DNA of 63,992 bases, the filler included, from Octopus bimaculoides (taxonomy: Eukaryota): assembly GCF_001194135.2 (NCBI RefSeq). It is 5 parts of 4 records of this genome, joined end to end, with 100 filler letters (N's around TTAATTAATTAA, not from the genome) between each part and the next. Parts side by side here need not be neighbours in the genome. Positions count along the whole stretch, not along the records: positions 17,522 to 45,571 come from NC_068994.1; positions 45,672 to 57,359 come from NC_069006.1; 3 more parts are not named here. The stretch is one strand, 5' to 3'. A program made the translations under genes and the position numbers. Every line of letters starts with the position of its first letter. Position 1 is the stretch's first letter. Below are positions 40,121 through 49,436 of the stretch, piece by piece. The notes under the pieces are model-generated. The model was given only the letters and a program-made list of their open reading frames with translations. It was not told the origin of the DNA and made no database searches.

Positions 40121-40897
40121 AACTGAGGCAGTCGGGATGGAACAGGAAGGTATGCATCAGGGATTCTATTCCGTGACTCTCACCGTCTCTTCGCTAACAA
40201 TAAATGATAAGAAAATGGTGAAGAACGCCACTTTCTTCAAACTTACAATCAGACAAGCATATTAGGAGTCACCCAAACCGTTCGGAATAGCAGACTATTC
40301 TCCCTCAAATCTCACCCTAATTCCTTGAAAGAAGGACGTGTTGGATAATAGAGTTTGTGATATACAAAAATGTTAATATTGTCATGGTTGGAGCGCTTTC
40401 AGATTTTAATTCTGTTTATATCGAGTAGAAACGAAATCAAGCAAAGCAACAATATTAATGAGTCGTCAGATGAAGGATTGCTTACCTGTTGGTGATTGGT
40501 CCAAGAAATGGGTTAGTGATTAACTGTACAACAGCTTTCGAAGCAAACATCAATCCTACCACCACAGTTGCGTGTCTTAGAAACTGGTGTCGAGTTTGTG
40601 GCACATACACTAGGTTAGATTCAGTCACATAACTTTGTGTGTAGCCTTGTGGAGCCACCGTAATATTCTCGCACATGTAGCTCTGTGGTGTCGGCGGAAC
40701 ATAGGTTTTGGCGAGTTTCTTGATATATTTTATGAAACCTTCCCGTTCCGTTTCATTGAGATCTCTATTTTTGGTCACATTGTAGCAAATGGTTTCGATG
40801 ACCGCTGGCTCGGTTACGTTGACCAGTACTTGTCGAGTGTCATTAACAAGGATTTCCTTGTTTTGCGTTAAATAAAGGAAGTTCGGAATGATTGGAA
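19674..40897 (-). CDS. VMAT: Vesicular monoamine transporter (VMAT, SLC18A1/2 family), partial multi-exon gene with 3 visible exons
   Basis: The exons translate to VPIIP...[25 protein letters not shown]|[19 protein letters not shown] and [31 protein letters not shown]. These are hallmark SLC18 segments, and GMGMLA...MGIALGGLA is VMAT-type rather than VAChT-type. All have canonical AG/GT ends. Confidence 0.95.
20712..20880. repeat. Compound (GT)n/(GTCT)n microsatellite
   Basis: Direct reading. Confidence 0.95.
21234..21620. repeat. Long (TCTA)n/(TC)n compound microsatellite
   Basis: Direct reading; about 390 nt, strongly pyrimidine-skewed on plus. Confidence 0.95.
22230..23650 (-). mobile_element. 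RLE-type LINE 3' portions with (ATT)n tract
   Basis: Minus-strand HRPRI...[20 protein letters not shown] endonuclease region. An (ATT)n tract lies at ~22757-22822, with further LINE 3' UTR-like sequence at 22230-22600. Confidence 0.7.
25460..25670. repeat. Compound ACAT/AC minisatellite (CATACATAAACACA units)
   Basis: Direct reading. Confidence 0.9.
25700..26560 (+). mobile_element. Decayed Tc1/mariner-superfamily (maT/DD37D-like) transposase
   Basis: Fragments [37 protein letters not shown] and YVFHQD. The same 5' end recurs at ~19905-20030. Confidence 0.7.
26590..26822 (-). mobile_element. SINE family 1 copy
   Basis: CCGAAAGGATGAAAGGCAAAGTCGACC is the reverse complement of the core. Confidence 0.9.
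27325..27360. repeat. (GGAGAC)6 hexanucleotide repeat
   Basis: Direct reading. Confidence 0.95.
30160..30330 (-). mobile_element. SINE family 1 partial copy
   Basis: CGACCCCGAAAGGATGAAAGGCAAA core, preceded by a (GAT)n tract. Confidence 0.8.
30350..31530 (-). mobile_element. Decayed L1/Tx1-like LINE RT region
   Basis: Minus-strand frameshifted [22 protein letters not shown] and MPGLFND, typical of the L1/Tx1 RT N-terminal region. Confidence 0.7.
32740..33550 (+). mobile_element. Possible highly decayed Penelope-like element (GIY-YIG region)
   Basis: Only weak resemblance ([16 protein letters not shown], then a pyrimidine-rich tail); no intact catalytic motif. Confidence 0.3.
33590..33872. 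repeat. (GTAT)n microsatellite
   Basis: Direct reading. Confidence 0.98.
34399..34640. repeat. (GAT)n-(CAT)n inverted trinucleotide repeat followed by a duplicated ~75-nt unit
   Basis: A GAT run (34399-34444) is followed by a CAT run (34448-34500). TTCCTCTCTCTCCCATCACCCTCATCAC occurs twice. Confidence 0.9.
35005..35860. mobile_element. Cluster of RLE-type LINE fragments in both orientations next to (ATT)n
   Basis: Plus-strand [18 protein letters not shown] (35073-35190); minus-strand [40 protein letters not shown]; a minus-strand 3' end at 35610-35860. Confidence 0.85.
36486..36544 (-). CDS. VMAT: VMAT exon: TM3 (59 nt, phase 2 to 1)
   Basis: ggttgcag|G GTT GGT TAT AGT ATA CCA ATG TTC ACT GGT ... 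ACG ATA G|gtaagt encodes (R)[19 protein letters not shown]. The phase joins the 412-nt exon (AG+G = Arg). Confidence 0.95.
39480..39880 (+). mobile_element. RLE-type LINE 3' end with (AAT)n tail
   Basis: [13 protein letters not shown]...[11 protein letters not shown]...[17 protein letters not shown], then a UTR and an AAT run. Confidence 0.9.
39882..40087 (-). mobile_element. SINE family 1 copy embedded in (AAT)n
   Basis: Core CGACCCCGAAAGGATGAAAGGCGAAGTC, with AAT runs on both sides. Confidence 0.9.
40486..40897 (-). CDS. VMAT: VMAT exon: end of TM1, large luminal loop, TM2 (412 nt, phase 1 to 2)
   Basis: Minus strand reads ttctcgtttcag|TT CCA ATC ATT CCG ... ATC ACC AAC AG|gtaagc. There are 136 open codons ending [24 protein letters not shown]. 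Confidence 0.95.
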
Positions 40898-41660
40898 CTG
40901 AAACGAGAAGATACGAGAATATGTAAGACAAGCAAATGACTTGACGAGAATGGAAATAGATTTTCCTTAAATTTATAATTATAGGTCAAAACTAAGGTTG
41001 GTAAGCTGCACCGAACAACATAATTTCAATACCAGATCTTATCTTTCTTTATTTCGAAACAGCTGTAAGTTAGTGCGAATCACTTTTCACAGAGAATTCC
41101 TACAAAAGCTTTTTGCTTAGAAATACCATAACAACTGAGTGTCGAAAATGAAGTAAACCGTCGTGTTTTGTGCCGCCTCTGTCCTTCTGTGTGTCTATAA
41201 AAATGTAGATATATACAGACACATACATGATATATATATATATATATATATATATNNNNNNNNNNCATACGCAAATATATACATACCTATATATTCATAC
41301 ACACATACATGTATACATTTACGCACACACATCTGACTTAGTCTCATAACGTCGCGGGGACACTAAAAGATCAATGTCTAAAGTAGGATTTGAATTCAAG
41401 ACAATAAATTAATGAAATGTTGGTCAATTATACAGAAATACGTGTTTCATGAAAAGACGGGTGATCTGTGTTTCGAGTGACCCAACTTGAAACAGCGAAG
41501 GTACAAGATTCATATTTTGATCAGCACTGATCGATTCGATGTTATCTCAACTGATCGATATATGATCTTTGGATAAACAAGAAATAATACAATGTTCACG
41601 CAGGCAATTATCTCACAGCGTGACTCTCTGTATACACGATATTTGTTCTAAATAAGTTGG

Positions 41661-41692
<32 letters not shown>

Positions 41693-41769
41693 TGTATGTA
41701 TGTATGTATGTATGTATGTATGGCTCGAACGTCTTCCCAACACAAGCATGTTTAAGAATGTTGTCAGTA

Positions 41770-41985
41770 TTCTTTTCTACTCATGGCACAAGGCCCGAAA
41801 TTTTGAGGGAGGGGTCAGTCGATTACATCGACCCCAGTACGCAACTGGTACTTAATTTATCGACCCCGAAAGGATGAAAGGCAAAGTCGACCTCGACGGA
41901 ATTTGAACTCAGAACGTAAAGACAGACGAAATACCGCTAAGCATTTCGCCCAGCGTGCTAACGTTTCTGTTTGCTTGCCGCCTTA
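41770..41985 (-). mobile_element. SINE family 1 copy (young, CpGs intact)
   Basis: CGACCCCGAAAGGATGAAAGGCAAAGTCGACCTCGACGGAATTTGAACTCAGAACG. Confidence 0.92.
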
Positions 41986-42621
41986 AAATGTTGCCCATAT
42001 TCATTCAGGTCATGCCCCCGGCTTGATACAAAATCCCTGTTAAATTCACCTCTGTATCATTCACACAGGGCCTTAAAAAAAAAAAGATGAGCTCCGACCT
42101 TCTTCCTTCTGTAAGCTAAGAGAGAAAAAAAAGACCTAACAAACAACAGGTTCCACCAGTTTCGTATAAAATCTGGTCGCGTTACCAGTAGGGCAACTGA
42201 GGGAGCACGTGATTTTGTCTCGCAATAAAAGCAGTTGCTTATCTTACTCTCGAAGTGAAAGTTGTTCAATACAACATTTATCCAGCGACCGAGAAGAGAT
42301 CGTCTGTTACTAATCTTTACTCAATATCGAATAAACTTAACTCTATTTTCGTGATTAACCGGAAATTGGCGTGATATTATCTCTTCTAACGTCCATTAAG
42401 TTGTTTGACAAAATGACGCCTTCATTTCGAATTTTTCTACTATTTTCTTGTCGTAATTCACGCAGCCACATACGCGCATAAACGCATGAGCCAGTATGCG
42501 TGCTCGCTAACACATACACAAGCGCACTAACACACACGCACACACACACACAAAAGAAATAAATACAAAAAGTATATCCATTTCTGTAAAGTTTATTCCA
42601 CATGACAAATTGTAATTTCTA

Positions 42622-42688
<67 letters not shown>

Positions 42689-43319
42689 NNNNNNNNNNNN
42701 NNNNNNNNNNNNNNNNNNNNNNNNNNNNNNNNNNNNNNNNNNNNNNNNNNNNNNNNNNNNNNNNNNNNNNNNNNNNNNNNNNNNNNNNNNNNNNNNNNNN
42801 NNNNNNNNNNNNNNNNNNNNNNNNNNNNNNNNNNNNNNNNNNNNNNNNNNNNNNNNNNNNNNNNNNNNNNNNNNNNNNNNNNNNNNNNNNNNNNNNNNNN
42901 NNNNNNNNNNNNNNNNNNNNNNNNNNNNNNNNNNNNNNNNNNNNNNNNNNNNNNNNNNNNNNNNNNNNNNNNNNNNNNNNNNNNNNNNNNNNNNNNNNNN
43001 NNNNNNNNNNNNNNNNNNNNNNNNNNNNNNNNNNNNNNNNNNNNNNNNNNNNNNNNNNNNNNNNNNNNNNNNNNNNNNNNNNNNNNNNNNNATATATAAA
43101 AGTGAAGTTGTGTGCGTGTGTAAACCCGATTAACTTCTAAAGCACACAACTGGTTTTCTCCAAACTGCAAATATACATTACTTATGTTCGAGAGATAGTT
43201 TTAGACTCTTAAAACTTTTCACATGATGATTAACGAGCCCTCTGGGAGCAGAAAACACCATTTCCTGGGTTACGTGGAGAAGGGAGGTAACACTTTGTGA
43301 AGTAACTTTCAGAAATTGA

Positions 43320-44070
43320 TTGTCTCACTTACATCCATTGGTCAAAAACTTTGGTCTCAGTTGGCTGTGTGAAAGAGCAATATTGGCTCCAAAAAACAGC
43401 GCTGTAAGTAATATTAACGAGAAGATGCTGCAGTACCTTCCTGGAAGTCCTCACATCTTTAAGTCAGTTGATAGAATCCCAGATCTAGAAGAGGAGGTCA
43501 ATTATCCAGCAAAATTTCTCAATTCATTGGAGTCTCCAGGGCTACCTCCCCACAGATTGAAACTTAAAGTGGGAGCACTCTGCAATTGGACACGTCTGGT
43601 GGCAAAGAAGATGATGCCACGTGTTATTGAGGCCATCATCCTCTCTAGATGTGGAAAAGGAGAGGATGTTTTCATACCCGGGATTCCTCTCATTCCATTG
43701 GGAGCAGAAATTCCCTTTTCATTCAGAAGAGTGCAATTTCCTATTCGTATCAACTTCGCATTGTCTATCAATAAATCTCAGGGTCAAACACTGTCTGTGG
43801 TAGGATTTCGCTTGGACGAGTGATGCTTCTCACACGAGCGATCAAATGTTGGCTGCTCCAAAATGGGAAGCAAAAAGAATGTATTTGCATTTGTTCCACA
43901 AGGGAAAACAAAGAATGTTGTTTGCCAAGAGGTTATGTAGGAATTACCGCATCCTACGATGCGCTCCAGTATCCACTGCTCTTTGTGAATGGTGAGGATG
44001 GATATCATTTCGCCATAATACCGACAAACCCGAAGATAGCATCAACAAAGCAGTTTCCTGCATGGACTTC
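43320..44070 (+). mobile_element. Helitron remnant: PIF1-helicase C-terminus followed by an N-terminal Rep-region fragment
   Basis: WLCERAILAPKN, FLNSLESPGLPPHRLKLKVGA, RRVQFPIRINFALSINKSQGQTL and GKTKNVVCQEVM*, then SYDALQYPLLFVNGEDGYH. Confidence 0.92.
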
Positions 44071-44243
44071 CCATATAGGCATACACGCACGCGCACTCAC
44101 ACACACGTGCATCGAAGTAAATCTGTGAGTGTGTACGTGCAGTGGTGTCCGTATACGTGGAGAGGATTTCTAAGTTTTTATACGTGTTCCATCATACATG
44201 AGTAATGTTACCACACGCACCTCTCTCCCCCTCTCTCTCTCTC

Positions 44244-44292
<49 letters not shown>

Positions 44293-45062
44293 GTTTGTGT
44301 GTGTGTGTGTGTTTAAGTGTGCGTGTGTAAATAGAGTAAAATGAAGGATTTCATTTCGGCTGAACGCCTGATTGCATTTGCTCATTACAACAACTTCATA
44401 TGGAGCAGAGATTCTCGATAAATGACCTAAACTGGGTTTGTCATTTGGAAATAAGCGTTGCATAGTAATGACAACAACAACAACACCAACAACAGCTGGC
44501 AGTAAACATTAAACATATAAGAAGTTTTGCAAATGGGGAAAAATGCCAAATGTAAGAACAGCAAAACCAGCAACAGCAACAACACAACCAACAACATGAG
44601 AAGAACGACAATTATAGAAACAGGAAAAACAAAAAAAGAACAAATAAAATTTAAAAAAAAGAAATGAATGAAAGTAAAAGACAACAAAAAGCCTTGAGTA
44701 AACGTGGATTGGAGGAAGAAGATTGACTTTTGTTGGTATTGGGGGTAGGGGTAGGGTTTAAAAAAAAAAAAGAATTGAAAAAGGAAAAGCTTTTCCAATC
44801 TACAATGGACAACAACATTAAATAGAAGAGTGAGAACTGCAGGAAGATCAACGTTAGCAACAACAACAACAACGTCTAGTAATACTTACGGCAGTAACAC
44901 ACAACAACAACAAAAAAAAAGAGAAAAAGACGGCCGTAAACAACAACAACAACTTCAAGGATGATACAAGTAACTGACAACAACAACAAAATCAACTTTC
45001 AGAGAAATAAATTTGTATGAATGAAAAACAAAACAAAGGAAAAAAATAAGAGAGAAATGAGA

Positions 45063-45075
45063 AAAGAGAAGCAGA

Positions 45076-45155
<80 letters not shown>

Positions 45156-45160
45156 CAGAG
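45063..45160. repeat. (GA)n microsatellite
   Basis: Direct reading. Confidence 0.97.
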
Positions 45161-45539
45161 AGGGGGTAGGGATTTGAATACATGAGGGGAGGTGTCAGTT
45201 AAAGCTTAACAACAGTAATTGTCCTTGCTTTGCATGATGGGAAATTTAACTTTTTTATAGTTTTATGTTTTAGTAGTTTTTTCTTGTTTTCTTTGGTCCA
45301 TTCCATTTTATTACATTTTGTGTGTGTATGTGTGCGTTGGCGTTATATATATATACGTATATATGTATGTATATATGTGTGTATACGCATTTATATGCGT
45401 ATATATAAACATATACACACATAATCCGTTAGTGATAATACATCGTAACTTAAAATTATATACTCAACAAATAAGAAATGAACAGACGATAAACTGAAAC
45501 AGTTTGTAGAGTATCCTGTTTATGTAAACAACTATGACA

Positions 45540-45571
<32 letters not shown>

Positions 45572-45671
45572 NNNNNNNNNNNNNNNNNNNNNNNNNNNNN
45601 NNNNNNNNNNNNNNNTTAATTAATTAANNNNNNNNNNNNNNNNNNNNNNNNNNNNNNNNNNNNNNNNNNNN
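45572..45671. other. Artificial scaffold junction (44 N + TTAATTAATTAA + 44 N)
   Basis: Same construct; it separates the VMAT block from the FHAD1-like block. Confidence 0.95.
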
Positions 45672-46195
45672 GGCACCACCACGAAGGATTTAATCGAAAA
45701 AAAAAAGTAGATCCCAGTGCTTTCTTTTTTTAAGCTTCGTTCTTATTCTGTTGGACTTTTACCGAATCATAGGTTACAGGGACGTAAACAAACCGACACC
45801 TGTTGTCAAACGGTAATGGGTGACAAACACAGATATATATTTATGTATGCCCGCGTGTGTAAAAAGCACACAGTGCAATCTGTAAAGTGATTGGCGTTAG
45901 GAAGGGCATACAGAACAGACAGTGGAGGAGCCTGGTGCGGTTCCGAACCTTACCAGCGCCTGTCAAACCTGTGCCAGCATGGAAAACAGATGTTAAATTA
46001 TGGTGATGACGACGATACACACACAACATATATATATACACGATGAGCTTCTTTCAGTTTCTCTGTTCTAAATAAGAAGGCTTTAATCAGCCTAGGGCTA
46101 TAGTAGAAGATACTTGTTCAAGGTGCCACACGAAAGAACTGAACCTGGAACCATGTGGTAGGGAACTAAAATTTTACCACACAGTCATGCCTGAT
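45672..46195 (-). mobile_element. SINE family 2 copy interrupted by an RTE-tail-type element (plus strand, ~45860-46015)
   Basis: 3' half at 45672-45840 and head at 46030-46195. The insert carries GATTGGCGTTAGGAAGGGCAT...ATGGAAAACAGATGTTAAA. Confidence 0.75.
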
Positions 46196-46945
46196 TCTAT
46201 AATTATTTCAATACTACCTCTAATTACAAATTTAAGGTATAACACCCTAGGGTATCGCTTAATTACAATTAAGTAAAACTCAGAGGAGAGATATGAGTTA
46301 TTGCCCTTGGTGCAATGCAGTTTTGTTAATATACGAATTGAAGGCAGTAAGCTGGTAAAATCGTTGGTATTCCGAACTTAATGCTTAGCGGCATTTTGGC
46401 TGTCCTTTTGTTCTGAGTTCAAGTTCTACCTTCCATCCTTTCGAGTTTGATAAAATGGTAGTTTTTGGTTACCTCACTCCCATTAAAAAAAAAAAATTGT
46501 TTAACCCTCAATAAAACAAAAACAAAAAATGAAAAATTAATAAACGTGAAAAGTGAAAAGATTCTTATTGAATCTAATAACATTTTTATAACAAATCAAA
46601 CCATGCCCATTGAGGAGGCCGAAAGTCAATAATGTGTTGAAGTACTGAATCAAAAGGATATACTATTATAAACTATCATAACACTTCTTTCATGTACATG
46701 TAATATCTCTCTGATATAATATTGCCTCTGATATATCACCTAAATTTTTATTTTTACCCTAACCCATGTAATATTGTTAATATATTTAATATCACTCCCA
46801 TGTTAAAAAAGAAATCACTGAAATACCTCTAAATGTGAGAACTAACATGGTTTCCAAACCATCTTATTTAATAAACATTATTATAAAGTATAATAAATAT
46901 CAGAAATGTTTATTGAAATACCTTGTCTATAATTTAATATTGTAG

Positions 46946-47057
46946 AAGAGAGGACCAAATTACCAGCAAATGCATCATTACCACTCAAACCGAAGATTAT
47001 CATTCAAAAACCTCCTCAGGCGGTCTTAGAACTGGAAAGAGAAATTGCTGCTCTTAG
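46946..47057 (+). CDS. FHAD1-like exon (112 nt, phase 1 to 2)
   Basis: tattgtag|AA GAG AGG ACC ... GCT GCT CTT AG|gtaaat encodes [36 protein letters not shown](R). Confidence 0.85.
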
Positions 47058-49357
47058 GTAAATTTTTGCAATATCAATTCCTACTCCAGCCTCCAGCAAC
47101 TCTGTCCCCACTCTCTCTATTCTCCACTAACTCTACCTTCATCATGAGCCAAGACAGCCTCTTTGTGGTCACTTGATGTGCTAGAAATAGCAGCCAGATC
47201 TTTCTGAAATTACTCCACCACCATCTTAAAAAAAGATAGGGTGAGGGTACATTAGATAATGTACCCATTGTGGGAATGGACATTGTATCCCTACTATCTT
47301 AAAAAAAGATAGGGTACATTGGATAAAGTACCCTCTGAGGGAATGGTCATGTTCAGAATACTTTTGATTTTGGATCTGCTTAATAATCATGGTTGGTATA
47401 AGCCAACTTGACTCTTCACAACCAATCTCTGCCTTCACCATCTCTATCTGTAACCACCACTCTCTTTACATTCAGCACCTGCACCCACCACCACCTGCAC
47501 TTTTTACCATCTTTGCCTCCATTTCTGCTTCCACTGCTCCTAACCCTGTCTTCCATCATCCTCACCATTTTTCCATTCATCACATCTACCCTAATAATCA
47601 GGGGATGGATTCTCTAATTTTCATTGGGTGCCAACGATTGTCGTTTGCATTGGATATTTTTTATAGAGAACCTACATTTCATCACTTGTGATGATTCTAC
47701 TGAGGAATGGTTCAGTAGCAAATCTATATTTTTCAATGATGAGCAGAGGGCAACTCTTTGATTAAGCTGAGAAGATGTCAGATGAGGGGGACTTACTGAC
47801 CAAGTTTAGACTCTTCTCTTAGTTCATGAAAGTGTTTTATGATTTTGTTTTGCTGATTCTCATTCAGTTTACTTTGGATTTTCCTCAGCTTTTTCAGCAT
47901 TTTCAGAAGTTCGATTTCCTGAGCAAAATTGGCAAAACCTCTTTTGGCATATTCAGACACTAAAAGCTACATTAAGATGATGAGCTTGTAGAATCATTGA
48001 TATATTGGATAAAATGCTCAGCAATATTTTGTCTGGCTCTTTATTTCCTGAGTTCAAATCCCACCGAGGTCAACTTCTTCTTTCATCCTTTTAGGGTCGA
48101 TGAAATAAGTATCCTGTTGAGCATTGGGGTGGGGGTTGATATAATCAACTTCCTCTTCTCCTAGAAATTGCTGATCTTCTGCCAGTATTTGAAACCCTCA
48201 TCATCATCATTGTCATCATTTAGCGTCTGCATGGGCTAGACTGAAACTGGTAAACCAGAGAGCTGCACCAGGTTCCAGCCTGATTTGGCATGGTTTCTAC
48301 AGTTGTATGTCCTTCCTGATGCCAACCACTCCAAGAATACAATCGGTGTCTTTCTGTGTCACCATCATCAGTGAACTTGCACAATCGTTAGTCCATTGGA
48401 CAAAACGTTTAGCAACATTTTGTCTGTCTCTGTGTTCCAAGTTCAGATTCTACCAAGGTCAACTTTGCATACTTATCCTTTTAGTGTCAATGAAATAAAA
48501 TACCAGCTGAGCACTGGGGCTTGATGCGATCCAACTAAAATTGCTAGCATTGTATCACAATTGGAAAGAATTATTATTATGATTAATTTTTGTTTAGAGA
48601 ATTCCTTGAATTGTGCTGCTAAGAAGTAAAAGTAAAACTTGTTTTATTTATTTATTCATTTATTTATTTATTTTTGTCTTCCAGAGCAGAAATTCTTCAG
48701 TTAAAACATGTTTTACAAGAGAAAGACAATATAATTGTTAAGCAGCGTCGTGATATTGTTGAAGCTTATGCTCGTTTGTCTGACATGGCAGGTGAGATTC
48801 TTTTAAATCAGTGCTTCTCAACCATTTTTTGCCTTTGGACCCCTTTAATTACTATATTACTTGGATGGACCCCTTTATTTGTGTATTAAGGCTACCATTG
48901 GTTTCATATTAAGGAGATTCATAACGATTATTCAAGCCATTCACATTGAAAAATTGGTGTTTGTCTTCATTTTGGATTAATACACAAGCAATGTGGTGTT
49001 GAGCACTCATTCTCGTTCGATATTTATGTGTGTATATATATATATGTATATATCGGGCTGACCAAAACTTTGTGAGTGGATTTGGTAGACGGAAACTGAA
49101 AGAAGCCCGTCGTATATATGTATATATATATGTATGTGTGTATATGTTGTGTATCTGTGTTTGTCCCCCCAACATCGCTTGACAACCGATGCTGGTGTGT
49201 TTAGGTCCCCGTAACTTAGCGGTTCGGCAAAAAGAGACCGATAGAATAAGTACTAGGCTTACAAAGAATAAGTCCTGGGGTCGATTTGATTCGACTAAAG
49301 GCGGTGCTCCAGCATGGCCGCAGTCAAATGACTGAAACAAGTAAAAGAGTAAAAGAG

Positions 49358-49436
<79 letters not shown>

